Sequence record: MT023084.1
Source of the DNA: Citrobacter phage IME-JL8
Direction: 5' to 3' (one strand)
Length of the DNA: 49,832 bases
Shown: positions 37,013 through 45,189 of the stretch, in pieces
Layout of the letters: each line of letters begins with the position of its first letter
Position numbering within the stretch: position 1 is the stretch's first letter
The notes under the pieces: model-generated
The model's input: the letters and a program-made list of their open reading frames with translations, nothing else
The model's database searches: none
Told to the model about the DNA's origin: nothing
Translations under genes and position numbers: made by a program

Positions 37013-37240
37013 TTCGTGAATAATGCTGGTGATATCGTCATAACCCTGAAATTCGCCATTCCATACAAGGAAGTTAGCCAGATTTTCGCAACGCTCCCAG
37101 CCGCGATTAGTCTCAATGAAGGTGCGATATCCACCGGGGGCAACCTGTACGGCGTAGCGGTTATTCATGCGTGTGATAAAGATCGCGAAAGTTGTGTCGT
37201 TGGTTGCGTCGATAGCTTTCTGATTGGTTACGTGTGACAT
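37010..37240 (-). CDS. hypothetical protein, stop TAG inside operator
   Basis: 76 aa ORF. Confidence 0.5.
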   Translation of the reverse strand: MSHVTNQKAIDATNDTTFAIFITRMNNRYAVQVAPGGYRTFIETNRGWERCENLANFLVWNGEFQGYDDITSIIHE

Positions 37241-37265
37241 TGCGATTGCCTCGTTTCGTTTCGAT

Positions 37266-37314
37266 GAAGAGATAATACCGGAATCACTTCCGGCATGTTT
37301 AGCAATTCGTGCTA
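37266..37314 (-). promoter_or_regulatory. operator-promoter-hairpin module (TAGCACGAATTGCTA, 22 nt, TATTAT, CCGGAA/TTCCGG)
   Basis: palindrome 37300..37314. Confidence 0.75.
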
Positions 37315-37905
37315 TTCTGCGACTTCCTCGCTTTTACCTCTCAGGGCTTCAGCGTGATTCCGAAACTCTTCCAGCAACTGTCTCGCCGTCGATAACTCTT
37401 CGTCGTCGTACTTCGTGAAGTCGGGAACCCACAACGCCAGCGCATTAAATCGAACCGTGTCGATATGCTCACCAGATTGAACAGAATCAGCCTGGACAAC
37501 CGGAACCGCTTTCGCCTTACGTGTTCGGGCGGGCTTCTCGATCGGTTCGTCCGACAGCGTGACCGACACTAAGATTTCGTCGTCTTCATCCCGGCTAAGT
37601 GAGATCGCACAATCAAAGCCAGCTTTCGCAACGTGGCGCTTGATAGTCGGCGCGATGTACGGCGATTTCATCTTCAGGCGCAACAGGCCGTTGTACTGAT
37701 CCCGGAAGACTCGCGCGTCGTCGTCTAATTCATCTTCAGTGCGGGTGACGCCGTGTTCCTCATACTGCAACCGGGCGGCTTCAATCAGCATTTGCAATTC
37801 GGTGAAGCTGAATTCCCGTTCGCCAGCCTGAATCTTCAGCGTGACGATGTGGCGAAGCATTGCGGCGATGTTCGGTTCATTTGAGGAAGGTAGTTTAGTT
37901 GACAT
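37312..37905 (-). CDS. hypothetical protein, first gene left of the large intergenic region
   Basis: 197 aa, stop TAG inside operator. Confidence 0.6.
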   Translation of the reverse strand: MSTKLPSSNEPNIAAMLRHIVTLKIQAGEREFSFTELQMLIEAARLQYEEHGVTRTEDELDDDARVFRDQYNGLLRLKMKSPYIAPTIKRHVAKAGFDCAISLSRDEDDEILVSVTLSDEPIEKPARTRKAKAVPVVQADSVQSGEHIDTVRFNALALWVPDFTKYDDEELSTARQLLEEFRNHAEALRGKSEEVAE

Positions 37906-38048
37906 GGTTATTTCTCCTGATTGGTTTAGGCAGACTTAGACAAAGATTGCACGTTGTATAAGCGCGTAATAATATCTTAAATTTTTGCTTTAGACAACAC
38001 AATCCAGTAGCGACGCGCGTCACAAGGCTGTAAGCATGCTTGTATAAG

Positions 38049-38340
38049 ATGTATAAGATGTAAGCCCCCCATAGAGATATTTAAGCATATGCGCATAAAA
38101 CACTGTATATATACACAGAAAATCGCAACATATCAAATTTCACCCTTACATCTAATACAAGTTTGACACGCTCTATATACAACAGTGTTTCTACTATATA
38201 AAAGCTAATTTAAAACTTATTATTATTATATATATCATATAGATAGCGATAAACACACCACCCCATAGGATTGCTCAATTTTTCATCGTTTTGTCTAAGT
38301 GACAAATCTAGCAAATTTTAGACAAAGATTACAAGTGTAA
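38049..38340. promoter_or_regulatory. AT-rich composite intergenic element, copy 2; possible replication origin or early control region
   Basis: ATGTATAAGATGTAAGC, TTATTATTATTAT, GCTCAATTTTT, TTAGACAAAGATTACA in the same order as 7515..7815. Confidence 0.45.
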
Positions 38341-38546
38341 TTTAGACGCGTAGCACGGATTGCTAAAAGTGGGAGGCGAACACCGTTTCACTCTATAACC
38401 TCTACCCATTTTAATGCTTCACAAGCAACAATCATCGCGATTGCGAACAATCACGCAATAATCATAACTTGTCATTTGCAATCATGAGTAATCACTCATT
38501 ATTCCAGTTATTCCAATCTGAAGGAATAATCGTATCGGATCAGGAA

Positions 38547-38595
38547 TAGCACTTTTTGCAACACATCGGGCGGGTAGAGTTGGTATAGTTACTTC
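38547..38595 (+). promoter_or_regulatory. operator-promoter module (TAGCACTTTTTGCAA, 22 nt, TATAGT)
   Basis: palindrome variant 38547..38561. Confidence 0.65.
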
Positions 38596-38618
38596 ATCGA
38601 AACGAAGGAGATACAGCA

Positions 38619-38909
38619 ATGACCACTATCAGCAAAACGACAATCAACTTTGCACGCAAGCGCGGTTTAGACGTTACGATCGAGAACGTTGGCGAAGGTG
38701 ACTTTATGGCGGTGTGGGATCTGAATAATGATTGCGAATGGATGTTCACATATCAGGTCAATGATAACGGTTCATTCACTTATAACGGTAATGTGTGGTT
38801 GCCGGAAGATTTGAAAGAAGAGTTGCCCGGCACACTGAAAGATGAAAAGCACGTTCGCGAAATGCTGGCTTACATCGGCGCTAACCGTCACTTGTGGAAA
38901 GACTTATGA
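38619..38909 (+). CDS. hypothetical protein
   Basis: SD AAGGAG, 96 aa. Confidence 0.6.
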   Translation: MTTISKTTINFARKRGLDVTIENVGEGDFMAVWDLNNDCEWMFTYQVNDNGSFTYNGNVWLPEDLKEELPGTLKDEKHVREMLAYIGANRHLWKDL

Positions 38910-39049
38910 TTCGCAGACTAAGGAATGCAATCGGCATTCACCTTAACGCGATTGATGCGATGGGGTACGAAGTGGATGTACACGAATTCAATCACCACTA
39001 CAACCGGATCGAGGCGATACAGAAACTTTTAGAACAAATCACAAAATAG
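38906..39049 (+). CDS. 47 aa hypothetical protein, stop TAG inside operator
   Basis: MIRRLRNAIGIHLNAIDAMGYEVDVHEFNHHYNRIEAIQKLLEQITK, ATGA overlap. Confidence 0.5.
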   Translation: MIRRLRNAIGIHLNAIDAMGYEVDVHEFNHHYNRIEAIQKLLEQITK

Positions 39050-39095
39050 CACTAATTGCTAAAACATAATCGGGGTGATGTGGCATCATTACCCC
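39047..39095 (+). promoter_or_regulatory. operator-promoter-hairpin module (TAGCACTAATTGCTA, 22 nt, CATCAT, GGGGT/ACCCC)
   Basis: palindrome 39047..39061. Confidence 0.7.
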
Positions 39096-39124
39096 ATCGC
39101 AAACGAGACAAGAGGATCACAAGC

Positions 39125-39397
39125 ATGGAACAGAATAAGACCGTTACCGAATCAGTGGAATACATCGCCGTTATGACTCTTCGCCCGGACACTATCGCGG
39201 TGCAATGCCTTAGCGACAAACAACCCGTTTACGTGCCGCGCGACGAAGACGTCGTAGAGTTCTTGACCGATCCGAACTTCCTGTCGTTAATGGAGAAAGT
39301 GACCGATCATTACCGCTACGACGACAGAAGTTTAACGATGGTTCGTCTTGTGGTGAAAGAACGCAAAATCCGCACAACCACGGAGATAATCGAATGA
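39125..39397 (+). CDS. hypothetical protein
   Basis: MEQNKTVTESVEYIAVMTLRPD...; GAGG upstream. Confidence 0.55.
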   Translation: MEQNKTVTESVEYIAVMTLRPDTIAVQCLSDKQPVYVPRDEDVVEFLTDPNFLSLMEKVTDHYRYDDRSLTMVRLVVKERKIRTTTEIIE

Positions 39398-39582
39398 AGA
39401 AACAATACCGCGTCGTTGCAAAGAGTCGCGCAACCGGGAAGGAGTCAGTTTGCTATGCAGGTGATAGCGCCAGCCTTGCGACCGACACTTACGAAGACCT
39501 GTTGAAACGCAAAATGTTTATGGAAGATTTCAAGATCCGGCTTGAAATTATGGAACCCGTAATCGTTCAGGAATCCGACTAA
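39394..39582 (+). CDS. hypothetical protein
   Basis: overlapping start ATGA. Confidence 0.5.
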   Translation: MKKQYRVVAKSRATGKESVCYAGDSASLATDTYEDLLKRKMFMEDFKIRLEIMEPVIVQESD

Positions 39583-39807
39583 ATGAAAAAGCAAACAACC
39601 TGCCGTTGCCGCGCGTATGACTTCCCGCATAGATTCGGCGGCGGACGTTGTAACGGGATCGCTATTGTCGAACAGCATTTTCCCGGTTCACTTTGCGGCA
39701 GTTGCTTGCTGTTTAACGATGGGTGCGAAGTCCTAAAGGGACAGGAAAGTCCGCGCGAATGTATGTACGTTCAAGGCTTTATCGAATATCAGGAGATCAA
39801 ATTATGA
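39583..39807 (+). CDS. Cys-rich small protein
   Basis: CRCRAYDFPHRFGG...FPGSLCGSCLLFNDGCEVLKG. Confidence 0.5.
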   Translation: MKKQTTCRCRAYDFPHRFGGGRCNGIAIVEQHFPGSLCGSCLLFNDGCEVLKGQESPRECMYVQGFIEYQEIKL

Positions 39808-40130
39808 TAGGCAAGTTATACGAAATTAACGTCAAACGCCTGATTGGTTGGGGCGGTATCATTTCCGACGCCGTGTTGAAAGCTGGCGATGATTTACAGC
39901 CGCATGTATTGGAACGGGCGAGGGCGGCGGCATTACGAAAAGTTGGTGCTGATTTCGAAGATCGTGTGAAATACGTCTACACCGACAGCGCACGAATCCT
40001 TATCGACGAACCGACAGGCGAAGAGATTATCCGCTTCAGTCCTTTGCAGCATAACAGCTACGAAGATATGAAGAAGACCGGGAGAGTGATTTTATCAGTT
40101 CAATACGCGACGTGGGACAATAAGCAATGA
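39804..40130 (+). CDS. hypothetical protein
   Basis: MIGKLYEINVKRLIGWGG..., ATGATAG overlap. Confidence 0.5.
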   Translation: MIGKLYEINVKRLIGWGGIISDAVLKAGDDLQPHVLERARAAALRKVGADFEDRVKYVYTDSARILIDEPTGEEIIRFSPLQHNSYEDMKKTGRVILSVQYATWDNKQ

Positions 40131-40282
40131 TTCGATATTACAACCACGAAACGAAATCATGGTATGTAATCGTAGGTCAACATGTACGCCGCTTAATGAA
40201 AGATGGTAGTTGGATTATCTCAGATCGCTATAGTGTCGCCGACGTTGCGCATTATCCATTTACCTGGCATCGCGTCAAATAG
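40127..40282 (+). CDS. 51 aa hypothetical protein, stop TAG inside operator
   Basis: MIRYYNHETKSWYVIVGQHVRRLMKDGSWIISDRYSVADVAHYPFTWHRVK. Confidence 0.5.
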   Translation: MIRYYNHETKSWYVIVGQHVRRLMKDGSWIISDRYSVADVAHYPFTWHRVK

Positions 40283-40328
40283 CACAAATTGCTAAAACAA
40301 CGACGGGGTATCTTGTTATAGTTACCCC
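40280..40328 (+). promoter_or_regulatory. operator-promoter-hairpin module (TAGCACAAATTGCTA, 22 nt, TATAGT, GGGGTA/TACCCC)
   Basis: palindrome 40280..40294. Confidence 0.8.
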
Positions 40329-40351
40329 ATCGAAACGAAGGAGAAATAACA

Positions 40352-40576
40352 ATGAGTATCAAGATTGAAAATATTATGAAGCACTACGCGGCAAAAGGGA
40401 AAGTAATTGTAAAACTGGATCGCGCGGCTGGGTATCATCAAATTACCATTAACAAAAGCCGTAGCGGTAATAACGTAGTCGGCACGATTCCGGGTGCTCG
40501 CTTAGTAAATGCAACAATGGCGGATGTTCGCGCAATGCTTGAAACTAACTCAATTTATATTAATTCGTGGAGTTAA
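40352..40576 (+). CDS. hypothetical protein
   Basis: AAGGAG then ATG; 74 aa. Confidence 0.55.
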   Translation: MSIKIENIMKHYAAKGKVIVKLDRAAGYHQITINKSRSGNNVVGTIPGARLVNATMADVRAMLETNSIYINSWS

Positions 40577-40579
40577 TCG

Positions 40580-40789
40580 ATGGAGCAAGATAACTTCTGG
40601 ACTCGTTATTTTTCCGCGCTTGATTCTGGATTGAATCACGAATTTTGTTTGAAAGTGGCATATAAAGAAATGTCACTAGATGAAGCGTTAGGCGATATGG
40701 ATATGAATGACGAAAGCGAATTCGATCCTAACTTCGTCATGACGGAGGAAGATAATTCAATTCCCGGCGAAGATTACATTCCGTGGTAA
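40580..40789 (+). CDS. small highly acidic protein
   Basis: DEALGDMDMNDESEFDPNFVMTEEDNSIPGEDYIPW. Confidence 0.55.
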   Translation: MEQDNFWTRYFSALDSGLNHEFCLKVAYKEMSLDEALGDMDMNDESEFDPNFVMTEEDNSIPGEDYIPW

Positions 40790-40790
40790 A

Positions 40791-40839
40791 TAGCACGATT
40801 TGTTAGTATTGCCGTAAGGTCATTTGGTAAAGTGACCTT
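40791..40839 (+). promoter_or_regulatory. operator-promoter-hairpin module (TAGCACGATTTGTTA, 22 nt, TAAAGT, TAAGGTCA/TGACCTTA)
   Basis: palindrome 40791..40805. Confidence 0.75.
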
Positions 40840-40871
40840 ATTCAAGATAACCAATCAGAAGGAATGACGCT

Positions 40872-41285
40872 ATGAAAACTATTAAATTGAAATGTACCCA
40901 CTCCATTACAAAAACATTCCAGACCAACAACCTGATAACTGCAAAGGTTGACGACGAAGGAAATATCTATACCGGAAAAGGCAAGGCTAAAATATGGTTA
41001 TCGGTCGGCGTTTCTGGTGAGATATTTTGCGATGTAGCCGGGATTGTCGCCGCGACTTTCATTGAACTGAAAACTAAAACGCTGAAGTGTACCGGGCTTG
41101 ACCACAAAAACCCGGTTAAGAAATCGTTCACTGTCGGCAAGCGATATCAAGTGGAAAGCGGACGCGCGTTAGGTGGCGTCGCGGGATACATATTCGATAA
41201 GGACGGCTGTCGATGGACACTCTTTCGTGAAGACGTCGGCTTCAGCATTGCGGACGGAACCACTTTCGAAGCGAAGTACCTGTAA
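40872..41285 (+). CDS. protein with duplicated small SH3-like pattern
   Basis: VGKRYQVESGRALGGVAGYIFDKDGCRWTLFREDVGF. Confidence 0.55.
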   Translation: MKTIKLKCTHSITKTFQTNNLITAKVDDEGNIYTGKGKAKIWLSVGVSGEIFCDVAGIVAATFIELKTKTLKCTGLDHKNPVKKSFTVGKRYQVESGRALGGVAGYIFDKDGCRWTLFREDVGFSIADGTTFEAKYL

Positions 41286-41289
41286 CAAA

Positions 41290-41338
41290 TAGCACTTATT
41301 GCTAAAAGCGTGTAGTATGGGCGGGGTATAATCTACCC
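41290..41338 (+). promoter_or_regulatory. operator-promoter-hairpin module (TAGCACTTATTGCTA, 22 nt, TATAAT, GGGGTA/TACCCC)
   Basis: palindrome 41290..41304. Confidence 0.8.
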
Positions 41339-41360
41339 CGTTCAATAAGGAGATCTAAGA

Positions 41361-42926
41361 ATGCTTTTCGGTAAACCTAAACTTTCAGTTAGTCAAATCA
41401 TTGAAATCGCCAATACGAACGGGATTAACCCGGTCGCGTTAGCTATTCGTGAAAACGGCTATCCTGATTCTCGATCGTTCTGGAGTCAGCCTGAACAGAT
41501 TAACAGCGGCAACGATCAATTCCCGCTTATCTCTATTGCTGGCGACAACCTCGTTTACGAATACGCGAAAGCAAAGGCTGAATCCGTCCAATTCCCCGTT
41601 TCATCTGCCTACGCGCATTTTATCGGCTGCATGTCCGCCGCTATGCTGGGGCGCTTTTGGGTGGAGTATCACGGCGAAGAGCAACCGACTGCGCTTTACA
41701 TGGTAATCAGTCAACCGCCCTCGACGGGTAAATCTGCGATTAACTCCGCCGCAATTAACCCGATGCGATCCGAAATTGACCGCATTAACGAAGCACGTAA
41801 AGCCGAACGCTCGCGCCTGATGGGGCAACTTCGCAACGTCGAACGCGAGATCAAGAATGACGTAAAAGGCAATTCAGCCGTAGCGCTCTACGAAGAAAAA
41901 GAGAAGCTAGAAGAGAAGATCAAGAAAATGGCTAACGTCGTGTTTGCGGTATCCGATCCAACTCCTGAAGGCTTGGCGAAGGTTGCAGCCGCGCAAGGTA
42001 ACTTCTCCGTAATCTCGGACGAAGCAACGGCGATTAACACGCTGTTAGGCTTGACGTATGGCGGAACCGATAAGAAGGCGAACAGCGAACTAATCCTTAA
42101 AGCGTGGGATATGAACCACATGGAAGTAGCGCGTTCCAATCAGGATAACAACCTGTCAATTCGTCCCGTTGGCGCGATCTGCGTTATTGCTCAGGATGAA
42201 ACGATACGCGGGATCATGGATGCCGGGCAACGCGGGATCGGGGTGTCGGAACGTTTCTTGCTCGTTCGCGAAGAGCCGTTGTTAGGTACGCGCACACTTT
42301 GCGACGAAAACGGAGACGCGGTATATAAGCCAGTAGAGCAATCGTTAGTTAGCAAATATTATCGCTTGATTCACAATATCATGAAGGAAGAGAAAGTCGT
42401 ATTCACCATAAACCGGAACGCGAACCGGGCGCTTAACTTAGCGCGTCAGGAAATGGAATCCAGCTTCGCGGCTGGCGGGCGTTACTCGCACTCTATGTTA
42501 CGCGGTCATTTAGGCAAGTTCGATAAACACGTTATCCGCATCGCTTCAGTGCTTCACGCGATCCGTAACTGGACAGGTGAAAACCCGAACCGGGCAAACC
42601 GTGAGATTGATTTAGACACAATGCAGGAAGCGATCATGATATTCAACGAACTGTCTAAAACGTATCTGTCGTCGGCGAACGCGGCGGGCTTTGCAGGTGA
42701 CGAAGCGGAATCGCGAAAGCTGTCGGAAGTGATTACGGAAATGGCGCGACGTTCAAAAGGCCGGGTGCAGATCCATAGCCTGATTTCGAAGTGTCGCAAC
42801 ATTACCCCATTCAACGGGCAACAGAAGGTCGGCGAACGAATCGAAACGCTATTGATTGAGTTAGAGCGAATGAACCACGTTTGCGTAGTTGACGACGTTG
42901 TTTATGTGAACCCATGTTTCTTATAA
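41361..42926 (+). CDS. DUF3987-like P-loop ATPase (replication-associated)
   Basis: ISQPPSTGKSAINSAAINPM Walker A; FSVISDEATAINTLLGLTYGG; RFLLVREEP. Confidence 0.75.
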   Translation: MLFGKPKLSVSQIIEIANTNGINPVALAIRENGYPDSRSFWSQPEQINSGNDQFPLISIAGDNLVYEYAKAKAESVQFPVSSAYAHFIGCMSAAMLGRFWVEYHGEEQPTALYMVISQPPSTGKSAINSAAINPMRSEIDRINEARKAERSRLMGQLRNVEREIKNDVKGNSAVALYEEKEKLEEKIKKMANVVFAVSDPTPEGLAKVAAAQGNFSVISDEATAINTLLGLTYGGTDKKANSELILKAWDMNHMEVARSNQDNNLSIRPVGAICVIAQDETIRGIMDAGQRGIGVSERFLLVREEPLLGTRTLCDENGDAVYKPVEQSLVSKYYRLIHNIMKEEKVVFTINRNANRALNLARQEMESSFAAGGRYSHSMLRGHLGKFDKHVIRIASVLHAIRNWTGENPNRANREIDLDTMQEAIMIFNELSKTYLSSANAAGFAGDEAESRKLSEVITEMARRSKGRVQIHSLISKCRNITPFNGQQKVGERIETLLIELERMNHVCVVDDVVYVNPCFL

Positions 42927-42932
42927 GGTGAA

Positions 42933-43337
42933 ATGATGATGCTGTTACTTGAACTGTTTAAATTCTGCGAAGGTTACGATCGGTACACGCGACAGCACAT
43001 CGCGAAATTCATATTCCAGCATAAGGAATCCGAAAGAATGGCGGCGGCGGCTGGGTTGCCGCATCGCGAATTCGTTAGCCTAATGTCGAAAGAGTTTTGC
43101 GCCCGGTGCATGACTGAAGGTTATTTAGATTGCATCAAAGGAGAGTATTTTTGCAAAGGGCGTTTAAAGCGCCCGCTAATGATGAAGCTAGTTTGCGTGG
43201 AAGGTTACGCGAACAGATACAATTATGAAATGATGCACATTGAGGAATTGAGTGATGAAGATTTGTTCGGGAAAGGTCGAAATGTTGATAGATCGGAGCG
43301 TCGAATTTTGCGCAACGCACCAGCTTTCAGAAGATGA
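42933..43337 (+). CDS. hypothetical protein
   Basis: 134 aa ORF downstream of DUF3987-like gene. Confidence 0.5.
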   Translation: MMMLLLELFKFCEGYDRYTRQHIAKFIFQHKESERMAAAAGLPHREFVSLMSKEFCARCMTEGYLDCIKGEYFCKGRLKRPLMMKLVCVEGYANRYNYEMMHIEELSDEDLFGKGRNVDRSERRILRNAPAFRR

Positions 43338-43455
43338 ATTCAACACGGCGCTAATGTCTCTTCTGTTGTCTTCGATGCGGGCGTCCGGTGAAACGTGTCA
43401 CAATCTGTCGGACAGCGACGGCGTTTGTGTTTTGAGTGTGACGCGATACCCATAG
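43252..43455 (+). CDS. hypothetical protein overlapping the previous gene, stop TAG inside operator
   Basis: 67 aa ORF. Confidence 0.35.
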   Translation: MMKICSGKVEMLIDRSVEFCATHQLSEDEFNTALMSLLLSSMRASGETCHNLSDSDGVCVLSVTRYP

Positions 43456-43500
43456 CACTTTTTTTAAAACTACCCGGTTAATTCCGGGTATAGTTGCTTC
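43453..43500 (+). promoter_or_regulatory. degenerate operator module (TAGCACTTTTTTTAA, 21 nt, TATAGT, ACCCGG/CCGGGT)
   Basis: left half-site TAGCAC intact; hairpin and -10 conserved. Confidence 0.6.
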
Positions 43501-43524
43501 ATCGAAACAAAAGGAGAAAGCAAA

Positions 43525-43773
43525 ATGGCTACTTACCGCGTTAACTTCAAATCAAATGCCCGCACCGACGAGCGCAAAGCCGAAACCGTTACAATCCCGG
43601 ATTGCGTACCGTTTGCAGCACGTAATCACGCAATTTGCGCAACGTTAAACGTAATGGGATACGACTTCGCAGTCGATCCGATCATCGTCACTAAGGCTGT
43701 AACAATCCACGCCGTAGAATGCGGAATCCCGAACGAAGTGAAGGTCGCGGAAAATATCGATATTCTCGCATAA
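43525..43773 (+). CDS. hypothetical protein
   Basis: 82 aa, AAAGGAG SD. Confidence 0.55.
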   Translation: MATYRVNFKSNARTDERKAETVTIPDCVPFAARNHAICATLNVMGYDFAVDPIIVTKAVTIHAVECGIPNEVKVAENIDILA

Positions 43774-43802
43774 AAAAGGAGGCTTTAAGCCTCCTTATTT
43801 TG
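43774..43802. terminator. bidirectional terminator between convergent operons
   Basis: AAAAAAGGAGGCtttaaGCCTCCTTATTTT. Confidence 0.85.
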
Positions 43803-44165
43803 TTTCCTGTAACTGATTGACCACAACAGCCCGGCACAAATCAACCACGCCGCAATCATACCGCCACCGAACCAGAATACAGCGTCGTCGCTACCGTTGT
43901 GAACTTCGATACGTTCCGCCTGAATGGTTCCGGCCTTAATGCTTTCCGTCTTCTTAGTGGAGGAATCCACCTTGCCGACGTTGGAATCTTTGACCGACGT
44001 TTCGTTCTTCTGATCCTGTTTAGCTGTCAGGCCGACAGTCTGTTTTACGTTCTCCGCGCCGACTTGCGCCGTTACATCTGGTTTATTACCGATCAGGGAA
44101 TCCAGCGGATTCATTGAACAGCCCGACAGTGCAATCGCCACGCAACAGGCAATAATAGTTTTCAT
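43785..44165 (-). CDS. unimolecular spanin (u-spanin) candidate
   Basis: lipobox CVAIALSGC and C-terminal TM FGGGMIAAWLICAGLLWSISY. Confidence 0.65.
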   Translation of the reverse strand: MKTIIACCVAIALSGCSMNPLDSLIGNKPDVTAQVGAENVKQTVGLTAKQDQKNETSVKDSNVGKVDSSTKKTESIKAGTIQAERIEVHNGSDDAVFWFGGGMIAAWLICAGLLWSISYRKQNKEA

Positions 44166-44662
44166 TATTTCGTTAACTCCTTCATGCAAAATTTATATTC
44201 GACGTCGCGACGGTTTTTAAGCCCGCGTGACTTTTCCATTTTTCCGGTCTTCGGATTGTAGAAGTAAACCCAATCGTAAAGACGCGAACAAGCCTTCGTG
44301 AATCGCCCGGCGTTGACGTCTTTTAGTAAGGTTGATTTACGGAATGCCCCGCCTCCAACGTTGAACGTGAAGCTATACAGAGCCGCCCGCATGGTATCAG
44401 GAATCGGCACTTTTACAGCGCTATCAACGTGCCGCTTCGCTACTTCGATGTGTTTGTAAAGTAGCGCGTCGCACTCTTTCTTCGTGTACGTCTTGCCTAA
44501 AATAACATCCTTCCCGGTAATGCCAGAACAGACCGTCCAGATCCCGGCGATATCCTTGTACGGCTTGTACCGGATGCCTTCGATTTCCTCAAGCAAGCCC
44601 GGCACAAGAACAAGGGCGGCGGAAATTACTGTCGCCGCAACAGTGTTCTTGATTGCGCTCAT
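44165..44662 (-). CDS. endolysin, glycoside hydrolase 24 lysozyme, possibly SAR type
   Basis: [43 protein letters not shown]; hydrophobic N-terminus. Confidence 0.88.
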   Translation of the reverse strand: MSAIKNTVAATVISAALVLVPGLLEEIEGIRYKPYKDIAGIWTVCSGITGKDVILGKTYTKKECDALLYKHIEVAKRHVDSAVKVPIPDTMRAALYSFTFNVGGGAFRKSTLLKDVNAGRFTKACSRLYDWVYFYNPKTGKMEKSRGLKNRRDVEYKFCMKELTK

Positions 44663-44664
44663 AA

Positions 44665-44880
44665 TTATTTATTCCGAATGTTGATTGCCGTCTTCAGATC
44701 TCCGGCGTCGATAGCGGCGCGAATAGCCTTGCTGTCGCGGTACTTCCAGTAAGCGCCCCAAATGCCGAAACCTAAGAAACAGACGAAGGTTAAGCCAGCA
44801 ATAACAAGTTGCCCCGTTGCAGCGCTGGTGATTGCAGCGCCGCCAGTACCGGACGTTGCAGCGTGAATAAAGTCTTTCAT
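44665..44880 (-). CDS. holin candidate
   Basis: [51 protein letters not shown], next to endolysin. Confidence 0.6.
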   Translation of the reverse strand: MKDFIHAATSGTGGAAITSAATGQLVIAGLTFVCFLGFGIWGAYWKYRDSKAIRAAIDAGDLKTAINIRNK

Positions 44881-45002
44881 GAAATACCCCACAATAAAGT
44901 TTTAAGATAGTGGGGATATAATAACGGAAGGTGGACAGGAAAGAAACAGCACAAAAAGGAGGCATAAAGCCCCCTTTAGGATAGTGATTTGATTTATATC
45001 AG

Positions 45003-45179
45003 TTATTTGACAACAACGAATTCAAGATAATGTCCGCTTAACGGCGCTTGAATTGCCGATCCTTTGCCGTCGTAGATCTCATAAATCCCGCCGCCGTGGT
45101 GATAACCGATCGAATAGATTTCGTTAACATGGAACGGTAAAGATTTAGAGTCGTTACGAATACATTTAACGCGAGTCAT
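45003..45179 (-). CDS. small SH3-like-patterned protein
   Basis: MTRVKCIRNDSKSLPFHVNEIYSIGYHHGGGIYEIYDGKGSAIQAPLSGHYLEFVVVK. Confidence 0.5.
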   Translation of the reverse strand: MTRVKCIRNDSKSLPFHVNEIYSIGYHHGGGIYEIYDGKGSAIQAPLSGHYLEFVVVK

Positions 45180-45189
45180 GTTGTTTTCC

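Noticed and set aside
37936-38600. Host-like DnaA-box origin or tandem iteron origin as a firm call
   Set aside because: No perfect TTATCCACA boxes noticed and repeats are short and AT-rich; retained only as a hypothesis based on the duplicated motif order.
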